In this document: positions 16,871-26,745 of the stretch, piece after piece
Layout: every line of letters begins with the position of its first letter
How positions within the stretch are numbered: position 1 is the first letter of the stretch
NCBI GenBank assembly: GCA_004554705.1
Contig: SFKS01000001.1
Location: forward strand, 8,186 to 72,185
Source: Clostridiales bacterium
GTDB taxonomy: Bacteria; Bacillota; Clostridia; TANB77; CAG-508
Length of the DNA stretch: 64,000 bases
Direction: 5' to 3'
The notes under the pieces: generated by a model
Database searches by the model: none
Told to the model about the DNA's origin: nothing
The model's input: the letters and a program-made list of their open reading frames with translations, nothing else
Translations under genes and position numbers: made by a program

Positions 16871-18126
16871 TATGTATCACTTTCCTTTCTGCCTAAAATT
16901 GCATTGGCTGCCTTTTTTCCTGTCGCAATTGCTTTACATACAGAAGATTTTGTCTCAACTAAGTCTCCTCCTGCATATACATTTTGTATATTTGTCATGT
17001 AATTCTCATTCACACTGCATAAACCGTTTTTTGTGCTTGCTCCTATTTTATTTAGTAGTTGTTCATCTGCCATAGAGCCTATTGCAAAGACAATTGTGTT
17101 TACCTGCATTTTATAGTTGGAATTTTCCAAATCTATAACAGTATCATTTTCTATTTTTGTATTAATACATTCTATTTCTTTAATTTCACCATTTATAGCA
17201 TTTGCTTTTATTACTTTTGTATTTGGTATTATTAAAACATTATCTTTTAAGGCTTCTTCAATTTCTGTTTTTCTTGCTGGCATATGTTCTATATTTCTTC
17301 TATATAGTATGTATGTTTTTGTTGCACCCATCCTTTGAGCCACTCTTGCTGAGTCAATTGCGACATTTCCTCCTCCTATTACAACTGTAATTCCTAAGTT
17401 TTTAATGTTTTTGTTGCAATTATAGTTTTTTAAAAATTGACTAGATGTGTAAATGTTTTTTGTGTCAGCATTTGATATTCTATATTTGATTTGTTGCTGT
17501 GCACCAAGCCCTAAGAAAATGCTTTCATATCCTTGTTTTTTTAGTCCTTCTATAGTTATATCTTTTCCAAATTCAACACCTGTTTCAAAATTTATTCCCA
17601 TTTTTTTGATTCTGTTTATTAGGTCATTAATTGTGTTTTTTGGCAATCTAAAGTCTGGTATTCCATATCTTAATATACCCCCACATTCGTCTTCTTTCTC
17701 AAATACAGTTACCTTGCTTCCTGCTTTTCTTAAATAAATAGCACATGAAAGACCTGCTGGTCCTGACCCAATAACAGCAAATTTTTTATATGAATTTTTC
17801 TCAATATTCATACTATAATTTATATTGTTCTCTTTAGCCCAGTTGTTTACGAATTTTTCTAAATTGTTTATCTCAACAGGCTTACCTTTTATTCCTTTGA
17901 TGCATTTACCCATGCATTGTTTTTCTGTTGGGCATATATTACTGCAAATTTCACTCATAAAATTATTTTCTTGTAATATGTTGTATGCTTGAAGGAAATT
18001 CTCTTGCTTTATTTGAGCAATGAACTCTGGGATATTTGTTGCAATAGGGCAACCTTTTCTACACATTGGGTTTTTACAATTCAAGCATTCGTTTGCCTGT
18101 TTTAAAGCTGTTTCTATATTTTCCAA
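16870..18126 (-). CDS. Glutamate synthase small-subunit-like NAD(P)H-dependent oxidoreductase (GltD family, Fe-S + FAD/NAD binding)
   Basis: N-terminal Cys cluster (CLNCKNPMCRKGCP...CPTEKQC), dinucleotide-binding GSGPAGLSCA and GGGNVAIDSAR. Confidence 0.8.
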   Translation of the reverse strand: MENIETALKQANECLNCKNPMCRKGCPIATNIPEFIAQIKQENFLQAYNILQENNFMSEICSNICPTEKQCMGKCIKGIKGKPVEINNLEKFVNNWAKENNINYSMNIEKNSYKKFAVIGSGPAGLSCAIYLRKAGSKVTVFEKEDECGGILRYGIPDFRLPKNTINDLINRIKKMGINFETGVEFGKDITIEGLKKQGYESIFLGLGAQQQIKYRISNADTKNIYTSSQFLKNYNCNKNIKNLGITVVIGGGNVAIDSARVAQRMGATKTYILYRRNIEHMPARKTEIEEALKDNVLIIPNTKVIKANAINGEIKEIECINTKIENDTVIDLENSNYKMQVNTIVFAIGSMADEQLLNKIGASTKNGLCSVNENYMTNIQNVYAGGDLVETKSSVCKAIATGKKAANAILGRKESDT

Positions 18127-18183
18127 TTAGATTAGTCCCTTCTTTATAGTTTTGAATACTTATATTATATATGTTTTTGCATT

Positions 18184-18222
18184 AAAAAATCAAGATGTTT
18201 TATAAAATATCTTGATTTTTGA
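18184..18222 (-). terminator. Rho-independent terminator (AAATCAAGAT...ATCTTGATTT + U-run)
   Basis: A 10-bp stem directly downstream of the 18232 stop, with a U-run on the minus strand. Confidence 0.6.
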
Positions 18223-18231
18223 TTACTGTTT

Positions 18232-18852
18232 CTAGTTTATGTATAATTTATTTCTTTTTATATATTGTAGTTCTTGCATTTCCAAGAATTCTTCTACATT
18301 CTGATGTTGTTTTATCATTTCTCGTATTTGCGTAGAATTCATATTCTGGATCTGTTCTGGTGTGTAATAAAGCACATTATCTTTTTTAATTTGTTCTTCA
18401 TCCTCAAATCTTTGAATCACGATGAATTTATATTGTGTGATAATTCGGTTGTAATCCTTCCATGTAGGCATTTTTTTGAAATTATCTGACCCCATAATAA
18501 AGTATATTTGTGCTAATTCATTATACTTATCATATATTTTTTTAAAGGTATCTGTTGCATATAGAATATTTGAATGTATGCTGGCAATATTCTCAACATC
18601 TAAGAACTTATTGTTATTGCATAATAGCTTTAGCATATTGTATCTATGATTTGCTGATACTAAATTTTGTTTATTGTAATAGTCTCCTACTGGAACAAAT
18701 ATTACTTTATCAACAAGTCCTGATTTTATTAGAGCGTTGGCTAAGTTTATATGTACTTTTGTTGGTGGGTTAAAACAACCTCCAAAGAAGCCTATTTTTT
18801 TTAATTCAATACTTTGTTTTAGAAGAATTTGGTCTCTGTTATTTTTTTTCAT
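18232..18852 (-). CDS. Nicotinate/nicotinamide mononucleotide adenylyltransferase-like nucleotidyltransferase (NMNAT/NadD family)
   Basis: The motif GGCFNPPTKVHINLA resembles the NMNAT GxFxPx(T/H)xxH signature (cf. GSFNPITNMHL). The protein is 206 aa. Confidence 0.65.
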   Translation of the reverse strand: MKKNNRDQILLKQSIELKKIGFFGGCFNPPTKVHINLANALIKSGLVDKVIFVPVGDYYNKQNLVSANHRYNMLKLLCNNNKFLDVENIASIHSNILYATDTFKKIYDKYNELAQIYFIMGSDNFKKMPTWKDYNRIITQYKFIVIQRFEDEEQIKKDNVLYYTPEQIQNMNSTQIREMIKQHQNVEEFLEMQELQYIKRNKLYIN

Positions 18853-19334
18853 GATACAAAATCCTTTGCTTTTTGTTCTAGGTCTTCTAGAGTACCATCA
18901 TTTTTTATAATATAGTCATAATTATATTTGTATACATTTCCATCTGATGTATTGCTTGTAATCAGCTCAACATTAGGATTTGTTATTAATAGTGTTTTTG
19001 CATTTAAGTATTTTTTTATTTTCTCTATTTCATCTATCTCTCTTATATGTATAAATAGGTATTTTGATTTACTATGAATAAACTCTTCATATTTTTCTTT
19101 TATGTAATTGAATGGAGCATCATTGTATTCTATGCTTAGTTTTTTTAAATCTACTAATAGTTTTCTGCTTTTATCATCCTTTTCTCCATTCCATCCCACC
19201 AAGATTTTTGCGGCTTCTTTTACTTTATCAACTGATGATATGTTTGTTACGTCTGTAAATTCTGAACAAAACTTTACAAAAGTATCTTTCCCAGAACCTC
19301 CAGTGCCATTAATTATTATTACTTGTTTATCCAT
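18849..19334 (-). CDS. P-loop NTPase, putative nucleoside/nucleotide kinase
   Basis: Walker A motif INGTGGSGKDT. The ORF overlaps the downstream NMNAT-like gene by 4 nt (ATGA). Confidence 0.55.
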   Translation of the reverse strand: MDKQVIIINGTGGSGKDTFVKFCSEFTDVTNISSVDKVKEAAKILVGWNGEKDDKSRKLLVDLKKLSIEYNDAPFNYIKEKYEEFIHSKSKYLFIHIREIDEIEKIKKYLNAKTLLITNPNVELITSNTSDGNVYKYNYDYIIKNDGTLEDLEQKAKDFVS

Positions 19335-19399
19335 TTTAAACCTTCCTTATCTTTTTTACTAAAGTAAAGTGGAACAAATGCTTGTCCCACTTTTTTGTT

Positions 19400-19741
19400 T
19401 TAAATCTTTTTCCAAAACCAGTCTAAACTATTGTCAATACTTTTCTTCTTATAGAATTTGCTTGCTATATCATCTACCCAAAGATATGCAAAGAATGATA
19501 TAAATATCATTATGCAGTCAATTGCTATACAGTTTATAAGCATTTTGTAATATGTTTCATAAAATTGTTCTGTTAATCTTGCTAGTTGTATGCTGTGTAT
19601 TGATACCAGGATTAAATATGCGAATAGCGCAAATGCTGGAATATACGTCTTTTTTACTTCTTTTCCTAAAAATATTAGTAATACTGTTGCAATTGTAAGT
19701 AGTAGTAATGTAATCGGTTCAGATATATTAAAAACGAACAT
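19400..19741 (-). CDS. Small integral membrane protein (3 TM)
   Basis: Hydrophobic 113-aa ORF with no assignable motif. Confidence 0.5.
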   Translation of the reverse strand: MFVFNISEPITLLLLTIATVLLIFLGKEVKKTYIPAFALFAYLILVSIHSIQLARLTEQFYETYYKMLINCIAIDCIMIFISFFAYLWVDDIASKFYKKKSIDNSLDWFWKKI

Positions 19742-19777
19742 AACTCTCCCCCCTTTTCTTTTGTGGAATAAACTTAA

Positions 19778-21142
19778 TTAATTTAATTTAATTTTAATTA
19801 AATCTGCTAGTTTAGTAGCCTTTTCTTCAATGTCTTGCTGTTCTTTCCCTTCTATCATTACTCTAATCAATGGTTCTGTACCTGAAGGTCTTATTATAAC
19901 TCTGCCATTATCCTTTAGTTCATTTTCTATGTTTTTTACAGTTGCTTGTATCTCTGCATCTTCTGTACAAAGAGCTTTTTTGTCATTTCTAACTTTTACG
20001 TTTTTTAATACCTGAGGATATTTATTAATTATTTTGCATAGTTCTGAGGGTTTTGAGTTTTCTTCTAATAGTATTTGGATTAACATTAGAGAAGTTAAAA
20101 TTCCATCTCCTGTAGGATTATAGTCTAATAATATGATATGTCCTGATTGTTCTCCTCCTAGATTGTAGTCATTTTTTAGCATTTCTTCTAAAACATATCT
20201 ATCTCCAACCTTTGTTTGCTTTAAGGTTAAATTGTTTTCTTTGGCAAATTTGTTTAATCCTAAATTACTCATTATTGTAGCAACTAACGTATTGTTTTTT
20301 AATTTTTCCTTTTTTTGTAAATACTTGGCAAATATTGCTAATAGCATATCACCATCTATTTCATTTCCATTTTCATCAATTGCTAAGCATCTATCTCCAT
20401 CACCATCATAAGCAATTCCTAAATTCATATTATTACTTTTAACAAATTGCTTTAGATTTTCCAAATGTGTAGAACCACAATTCTCATTTATATTTATGCC
20501 GTCAGGCATATTGTTAATAACTTTGTAGTTAATTCCTAGCTTTGTAAAAACCTTTTCTGCAACTTTATATGTAGCACCATTTGCCACATCAAGTGCTACG
20601 CAAAAATCAGATTTCATATGTTTTTCTATGTTTTCTTCAAATGTTTTTCTTAGGAAGTACACATATTCATCAACTAAATCTTCTCTGTATTCTGAAATTC
20701 CTATTTTACTAGGATGAGCTGTTAATTCATCAAAGTTTCCAGCTTCTAGAATTTCTTCTATTTCTTCTTCTATTTTATCTGGAATTTTCATTCCTTTATT
20801 ACTGAAATATTTGATTCCATTAAATTCATAGGTGTTATGTGATGCAGATATAACAACACTTGCATCTGCTTTTAATTTTTTGGTTAAATATGCTACTCCT
20901 GGTGTAGGGATAACTCCTAATAATTTTACATTAGCTCCATAGCTTAAAAAACCTGCTGTCATAGCACTTTCTATTAATGTTCCAGATATTCTTGTATCTC
21001 TGCCTATTAAAATTGTAGGTGCATGACCTGAATTTTTTGATAGAACATAAGCTCCTGCTTTTGCTACTTTATATACTAGTTCTGGTGTAAGTTCTGTATT
21101 TGCAATTCTTCTAATTCCATCTGTTCCAAAATATCTTCTCAT
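19778..21142 (-). CDS. glmM: Phosphoglucosamine mutase
   Basis: N-terminus MRRYFGTDGIRR, the active-site Ser motif SASHNTYEFNGIK, and the Mg-binding motif DGDGDR. Confidence 0.93.
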   Translation of the reverse strand: MRRYFGTDGIRRIANTELTPELVYKVAKAGAYVLSKNSGHAPTILIGRDTRISGTLIESAMTAGFLSYGANVKLLGVIPTPGVAYLTKKLKADASVVISASHNTYEFNGIKYFSNKGMKIPDKIEEEIEEILEAGNFDELTAHPSKIGISEYREDLVDEYVYFLRKTFEENIEKHMKSDFCVALDVANGATYKVAEKVFTKLGINYKVINNMPDGININENCGSTHLENLKQFVKSNNMNLGIAYDGDGDRCLAIDENGNEIDGDMLLAIFAKYLQKKEKLKNNTLVATIMSNLGLNKFAKENNLTLKQTKVGDRYVLEEMLKNDYNLGGEQSGHIILLDYNPTGDGILTSLMLIQILLEENSKPSELCKIINKYPQVLKNVKVRNDKKALCTEDAEIQATVKNIENELKDNGRVIIRPSGTEPLIRVMIEGKEQQDIEEKATKLADLIKIKLN

Positions 21143-21298
21143 CTAATTTGTCATTCCTTTCTCAGCACAGTACAAATAGTTTATACGTTGCATCTTTATT
21201 ACTGTTATTATTATATATTCAATTTCCTATTAAATTGTTCTTAAGTATTTATATTCTATTATATATTTCTTTTTTTTTCAATAGTTTTTGTTAATTTT

Positions 21299-22408
21299 TT
21301 ATAGTTTGATAATTTTTTCCCATGGCAAATTTGCTTTTCCAAAGTGTCCATAATTTGTGGTATCTGTGTATTTTATGTTTTTTAAATTCAAATATTTTAT
21401 TATTCCTTCTGGCGTTAAATCAAATTTTTTCTTTATTAAGTCTACTAGTTCTTTATCTGTTTTCTTTCCTGTTCCGAATGTATTTACATTAATTGAAACT
21501 GGCTCTTTAAAACCTATCACGTATGCTATCTGAATTTCGCATTTATCTGAATATCCATTAGCTACAATGTTTTTTGCTATATGTCTTAGCATGTATGCAG
21601 ACGACCTATCTACTTTAGTTGCATCTTTCCCTGAAAAAGCTCCTCCTCCATGACGTCCATATCCTCCATATGTGTCTACTATTACTTTTCTTCCTGTTAA
21701 TCCTGTATCTGCTAAAGGCCCTCCATTTACGAATCTACCTGTAGGATTTATATAAATTTTCGTGTTTTCATCTATCATATTTTTATCAATTACTTTATTT
21801 ATTACTTTTTCTTTAATAGCTACTTTTAGCTCTTCTAAAGTTACATTTTCTCTGTGCTGTGCTGATATTAAAATTGATTCAATTCTTTTTGGTTTTTCAT
21901 TTTCATATTCAACTGTCACTTGTGTTTTGCCATCAGGTTTTAGAAATGTGATTTCGCCTTTTTTTCTTACTTCTGCTAGTTTTTCTGATAATTTGTGAGC
22001 TAAATTTATTGCATATGGCATATAGTTTTGAGTTTCATTTGAGGCATAGCCAAAAATTATTCCTTGATCTCCAGCACCCCCTCGGTCTACTCCTAATGCT
22101 ATATCTGTACTTTGTTCTGTTATATTAATATCTATCTTACATGTTTTATAGTCAATGCTCGTATTATCATCATCATATCCTATTTCCTTTATTTTGTTCC
22201 TTATTAACTCTTCAATATTAAATTTTGCTGTTGTAGTTATTTGTCCTCCTACTACTATGGTATTTTTACATGCAAAAGTTTCAACTGCCACTCTAGAATT
22301 TTTGTCTTGTCTTAAGCATTCATCCAATATACTATCTGAAATATAATCACATAATTTGTCTGGATGTCCTTCTGTTACACTTTCTGATGTGAAATAATAT
22401 TTTCCCAT
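21299..22408 (-). CDS. metK: S-adenosylmethionine synthetase; start taken at MGKYYFTSESVTEGHPDK
   Basis: Conserved GHPDK and GGGAFSGKD motifs. The RBS GGAGAC lies before ATG at 22408. Confidence 0.93.
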   Translation of the reverse strand: MGKYYFTSESVTEGHPDKLCDYISDSILDECLRQDKNSRVAVETFACKNTIVVGGQITTTAKFNIEELIRNKIKEIGYDDDNTSIDYKTCKIDINITEQSTDIALGVDRGGAGDQGIIFGYASNETQNYMPYAINLAHKLSEKLAEVRKKGEITFLKPDGKTQVTVEYENEKPKRIESILISAQHRENVTLEELKVAIKEKVINKVIDKNMIDENTKIYINPTGRFVNGGPLADTGLTGRKVIVDTYGGYGRHGGGAFSGKDATKVDRSSAYMLRHIAKNIVANGYSDKCEIQIAYVIGFKEPVSINVNTFGTGKKTDKELVDLIKKKFDLTPEGIIKYLNLKNIKYTDTTNYGHFGKANLPWEKIIKL

Positions 22409-22430
22409 ATTGTCTCCTTTTTTAAAAAAA

Positions 22431-22474
22431 ATTAGAATAAAAGATTTATTCATCAATCTTTTATTCTAATTTTT
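22431..22474 (-). terminator. Perfect 15-bp inverted repeat ATTAGAATAAAAGAT...ATCTTTTATTCTAAT flanked by A-run and T-run; bidirectional terminator downstream of ferredoxin and immediately upstream of the metK RBS
   Basis: A palindrome with U-tracts on both strands. Confidence 0.65.
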
Positions 22475-22638
22475 GGGGTGATATTTTAGTATTTCATATT
22501 GTTTATGGATATATTTTAATTTCTTTTTATTAAAATAATATTAAAAATTAAAATTAATTAGAATTTAAGATTATATTTTTTGCAGATAATAAATAATTAT
22601 CTGCAAAAAGTCAATATTTATTCATTTTTATGTTCTTG

Positions 22639-22824
<186 letters not shown>

Positions 22825-22860
22825 TTATTTATAATTTGCAAAAGTTTCCTTTTGCTATTA

Positions 22861-23769
22861 TCAATTTTTAGAATTTTTTTTGTCTTTTTTGTCTAGTTCT
22901 TCCATCTTTTTTAATTCTTCCATATCTTCTTTACTAATTCCTTCTTGTTCTTTTTCAATATTCTTAATTATCTTTATGTCTTTTGCATTGTATTTTTTAA
23001 AGAAGTTTTCATCTCCATCTTTAAATTTTACTTTTACAATTTCTTTTAATGTTTCTAGTCCACATACTTCCCCTTGTCCATCTTCAGTTTTTACTATTGC
23101 ACCTATTTTAGGAAGTCTTTTTAGTTTTTCTTCATAAACATTTTGTTCATATTGTAAGCAACACATTAATCTTCCGCAGTTACCTGAAATCTTAGAAGGA
23201 TTTAATGAAACATTTTGTTCTTTTGCCATTTTTATGGATACTGTTTCAAAGTTCCCTAAAAAAGAACAACAGCATAATTCTCTGCCACAAACTCCATTTC
23301 CACCTAGTCTTTTCACTTCATCTCTGACTCCAATTTGTCTTAATTCAATTCTTGTTTTGTACACTGCAGCTAGATCCTTTACTAAATCTCTAAAATCTAT
23401 TCTTCCTTCTGCAGTAAAGAAAAATAGTATTTTACTTTTGTCAAATTTAAATTCAACATCCATAAGTTTCATTGGTAAGTTATGTTCTTTTATCTTTTTT
23501 TCGCATATTTTAAAAGCTTCTTTTTCTTGTTTTTTATTTTCTTCATTTTGTTTTGCATCTTGGCGTGTCGCAATTCTTATAATTTTTTTTAGTGGAGCTA
23601 CAATTTTTTCTTGAGGTAATTGCCTATTTGCGATAACCACCTCTCCGTATTCCATTCCCATTGCAGTTTCTACTATTACGTGTTCACCTGCATTAACTTG
23701 ATTCCCTGCTGGATCAAAAAAATATATTTTTCCTGCTTTTTTAAATCGAATTCCTATAATATTAGCCAT
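22861..23769 (-). CDS. ricT: PSP1-domain protein YaaT/RicT (stage 0 sporulation / RNase Y regulator complex)
   Basis: Conserved PSP1 core (…FKFDKSKILFFFTAEGRIDFRDLVKDLAAVYKTRIELRQIG…) and a Cys cluster CGRELCCCSF. Confidence 0.85.
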   Translation of the reverse strand: MANIIGIRFKKAGKIYFFDPAGNQVNAGEHVIVETAMGMEYGEVVIANRQLPQEKIVAPLKKIIRIATRQDAKQNEENKKQEKEAFKICEKKIKEHNLPMKLMDVEFKFDKSKILFFFTAEGRIDFRDLVKDLAAVYKTRIELRQIGVRDEVKRLGGNGVCGRELCCCSFLGNFETVSIKMAKEQNVSLNPSKISGNCGRLMCCLQYEQNVYEEKLKRLPKIGAIVKTEDGQGEVCGLETLKEIVKVKFKDGDENFFKKYNAKDIKIIKNIEKEQEGISKEDMEELKKMEELDKKDKKNSKN

Positions 23770-24670
23770 TACTTTTTAAACTCCTCTCTAGTCCAAACAA
23801 TAAATTGTCTATTGTCATATCATAATTACTGTTTCTTTTTAAGCTTAATTTTGTCTTTTCTATGGTGGATATACACTCTTCATATTTTTCTGTATTTCCT
23901 AAATCATTTAATATTTTATCATAGAATATTGTGTTTATATAATCTAAGATATAATATATTTCCTCTTTGTCACTAAATATCTTATCCTTTAAGCCGAATA
24001 TCTGTAATTCATTCAAGTGTTCTATATTATCAAATGTTTCTTTTATGTCTTTATATATTTCTGTTTTGTCTTTAAGCTTTAAAGCTTTTGCAATACTGCC
24101 ACCAAAAGCTTTTATCATTTCTTCGTCAAGCTCAATTGAATTTTTTATGAAATATTCTTTTATTTCGTTGTCTGATAATTTATTAAATTGTATTCTGATA
24201 CATCTTGATTTTATAGTATTAAGTAAAAGATTTTCATTACTTGTTATTAAAATAATGATAACATATTCTGGTGGTTCTTCTAGTGTTTTTAAAAAGCTAT
24301 TTTGAGCCTCCTTTGTCATATTTTCTGCATTATTAACTATATATATTTTTTTATTTCCTAATATAGGTTTTTCTAGAACTGATTTTGCTACAGATTTTAT
24401 TTGCTCCGTTCTTATCACATCTTCTTGTTCATCTATAATTATGATATCCGGATTATTACTACTTTCAAAGCTTTCACATGATTTACATCTGTTGCAAGGT
24501 TTATTTTCTGTGTTTGAACATAGAATTGCTTTCGCAAATTCTTTTGCAAGTGTAAATTTTCCAACTCCTACTTCGCCAGAAAATATATAACTATGTAAAA
24601 AATTATTATTTTCTACAATGTTTGTTAGACTTTTTTTGTTTTCATCATTTCCAATTATATTATCAAACAT
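23762..24670 (-). CDS. holB: DNA polymerase III delta' subunit
   Basis: AAA+ P-loop GEVGVGKFTLAKEFAKAILC and zinc-module CNRCKSCESF. Synteny holB-yaaT as in Bacillus. Confidence 0.85.
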   Translation of the reverse strand: MFDNIIGNDENKKSLTNIVENNNFLHSYIFSGEVGVGKFTLAKEFAKAILCSNTENKPCNRCKSCESFESSNNPDIIIIDEQEDVIRTEQIKSVAKSVLEKPILGNKKIYIVNNAENMTKEAQNSFLKTLEEPPEYVIIILITSNENLLLNTIKSRCIRIQFNKLSDNEIKEYFIKNSIELDEEMIKAFGGSIAKALKLKDKTEIYKDIKETFDNIEHLNELQIFGLKDKIFSDKEEIYYILDYINTIFYDKILNDLGNTEKYEECISTIEKTKLSLKRNSNYDMTIDNLLFGLERSLKSNG

Positions 24671-24673
24671 ATT

Positions 24674-25306
24674 TTATTTTATCTTTCCTATTTTGTTTAG
24701 TGGCCAGAATCTAAAAGCCACTTTACTTTCAACTTTGCTTATTGGTATACAACCAAAATCCCTACAATCAGTACTATGTTCCCTGTTATCTCCCATAGCA
24801 AAAACACAATTTTCCGGCACAACTATATCTGAATAAGTTTTGCCCTTTGTTACCACGTCTTGTTGTAAATATGGTTCATCTAGTTCTTCACCATTTCTAT
24901 ATACTTTGCCATTTTCAATTTTTATGTGGTCTCCTGCAACTCCAATAACTCGCTTGATATAGCTTGTTTTTGTGGTTTCTAACACATAGTATACTAGTTT
25001 CCTAGCTATTCCTTGTGGTTCATATTCATATTTTGCTACAGGATAGTCAAAATCTATCTCTTCAAGTGAAGGGTATGTGTTACTTGGAGCTTCAAAAGTA
25101 ATTATATCTCCAACTTTGTACTCTCCTTTAACTGTTCTAATCCATCTATTTAGCCAAAGTCTCTGACCTTCTTTTAAAGTTTTATCCATTGATGTTTGTC
25201 TTACAACTGTAGGCGTTCCTATGAAGTATTTTACTGCTAATGCAATAACAACTGCTATTATTATGCAATATGCCCATTCCAATATGTTTTTTATCTTCGG
25301 ATTCAT
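24674..25306 (-). CDS. lepB: Signal peptidase I (S26 family)
   Basis: N-terminal TM, a catalytic Ser region (SMDKTL), the KRVIG box and GDNRxxSxD (MGDNREHSTDCRDFG). Confidence 0.85.
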   Translation of the reverse strand: MNPKIKNILEWAYCIIIAVVIALAVKYFIGTPTVVRQTSMDKTLKEGQRLWLNRWIRTVKGEYKVGDIITFEAPSNTYPSLEEIDFDYPVAKYEYEPQGIARKLVYYVLETTKTSYIKRVIGVAGDHIKIENGKVYRNGEELDEPYLQQDVVTKGKTYSDIVVPENCVFAMGDNREHSTDCRDFGCIPISKVESKVAFRFWPLNKIGKIK

Positions 25307-25322
25307 TTATTTTCCTTCTTTC

Positions 25323-26738
25323 TTATGCTTCATTTTTTAATATTGTAGGTATAGTAATGACAACCTCTGTTCCTTTACCTACTTGGCTTTTAATATCTAT
25401 TCTGCCATTGTTTTTATCTAATATTTCTTTTGCAATTGATAGTCCTAAACCTGTTCCTCCCATTTTTCTAGTTCGTGCTTTATCTACTCTATAGAATCTT
25501 TCAAATATTCTATTTAAATCCTCTTCTGGTATTCCTATCCCATTATCAATTATTTTAATATATGCATCATTGTATACAAATCCTACATATATCTTTATTA
25601 TTCCATTTTCTTCTGTATATTTAATACTGTTTGATAGAATATTTAGTATAACTCTCTCTAGTCCATCTTTATCTGCACAAATGGTTGGTACATTTGCCGT
25701 TACAAAGCATTCAACTTTTTGGTGTTTTTTATCTGCTTCTATTTGTAAATTCTCTAAGCATGATTTAACTAAATCTCCCAAATTGAATTCTACCTTTTCC
25801 CATTTTACTTGTTCATTATCATATTTTGATAGAATTAATAAATCATTTACTAATTTTGTCATTCTTATTGCTTCTGTATTTATTACTTTTAGAAATTTTT
25901 CTTGTAGCTCTGGATCATATTCAGTGTTTGCAAGTGTTTCTCCATATCCAATGATTGATGTTAGTGGAGTTTTTAGTTCATGTGATACATCTGCAATAAA
26001 TTCTTTCCTCATATTATCAAGTCTTACGTGTTCAGTTATATCTTGTATTAGCACTATTGCACCCGCTGGTCTATCTAATTCGTCTTTGAAAGAGGCAAAA
26101 AATATTTTTAAATATTTGTCATTAATATTTACTTTTTTCTCTGATGTCGTCCAATTTTCTAAATATATGATTTTCTCTAAATTTATGTCAATATCTACAC
26201 TCTGAAAAATTTCATTAAAATTGCTTTTCCCTTTTGGAATTTCTAGTAATTTGATTGCTGCAGAATTAATATGAATTATATTTCCTTCTAAATCACATGC
26301 TATAATTCCATCTGTCATGTGTTGTAATATTGTTTCTATTTGTTTTTTTTGTCTTGTTACTTTATTTAAGTTCTCATTTAAACTTGCTGTCATAGTATCA
26401 AAAGCTTGTATAAGTCCATCAATTTCAGTGTTTCGTTTTGAGTTTTCAAAATGTGGAGATGTTTTTAGTTCTTCTCCTTCTGCTATTTTTTCAGCACTTT
26501 TAATTAATTTGTATATTGGCTTAGTAATAATTCTGGATGTGAACCATATTACTACAACTGATATTACTATAAAAGCACTTGTTATTATTGAGAAAACTAG
26601 TATGTTTTCATTTATTACTTTCTCTTCCATACCTATATATCTCATTTTTTGTATTGTAAATATGCCATATCCAAAGAACATTAAAATGGCTAATATCATT
26701 ATTATAAGTATTATTTTAACTTGAACACTCTTGAACAT
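25323..26738 (-). CDS. Sensor histidine kinase (TM-HAMP-PAS-HisKA-HATPase)
   Basis: H-box VSHELKTPLTSIIGY, N and G boxes (GLGLSIAKE), and two N-terminal TM segments. Confidence 0.85.
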   Translation of the reverse strand: MFKSVQVKIILIIMILAILMFFGYGIFTIQKMRYIGMEEKVINENILVFSIITSAFIVISVVVIWFTSRIITKPIYKLIKSAEKIAEGEELKTSPHFENSKRNTEIDGLIQAFDTMTASLNENLNKVTRQKKQIETILQHMTDGIIACDLEGNIIHINSAAIKLLEIPKGKSNFNEIFQSVDIDINLEKIIYLENWTTSEKKVNINDKYLKIFFASFKDELDRPAGAIVLIQDITEHVRLDNMRKEFIADVSHELKTPLTSIIGYGETLANTEYDPELQEKFLKVINTEAIRMTKLVNDLLILSKYDNEQVKWEKVEFNLGDLVKSCLENLQIEADKKHQKVECFVTANVPTICADKDGLERVILNILSNSIKYTEENGIIKIYVGFVYNDAYIKIIDNGIGIPEEDLNRIFERFYRVDKARTRKMGGTGLGLSIAKEILDKNNGRIDIKSQVGKGTEVVITIPTILKNEA

Positions 26739-26745
26739 TTTTATG

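Noticed and set aside
21143-21298. glmS-type ribozyme or other riboswitch near glmM
   Set aside because: The gene is glmM, not glmS. The region is AT-rich without conserved structure.
22409-22638. SAM-I (S-box) riboswitch upstream of metK
   Set aside because: The interval is extremely AT-rich and lacks the GC-rich conserved S-box helices. The hairpin at 22431-22470 is better explained as the bidirectional terminator of the upstream ferredoxin gene.
25570-26205. 211-aa + strand ORF (and many similar antisense ORFs such as 12112-12591, 30047-30511, 47698-48195)
   Set aside because: These are antisense to well-supported genes. They are low-complexity Leu/Ile/Phe/Ser-rich translations typical of AT-rich antisense frames, with no RBS or motifs.
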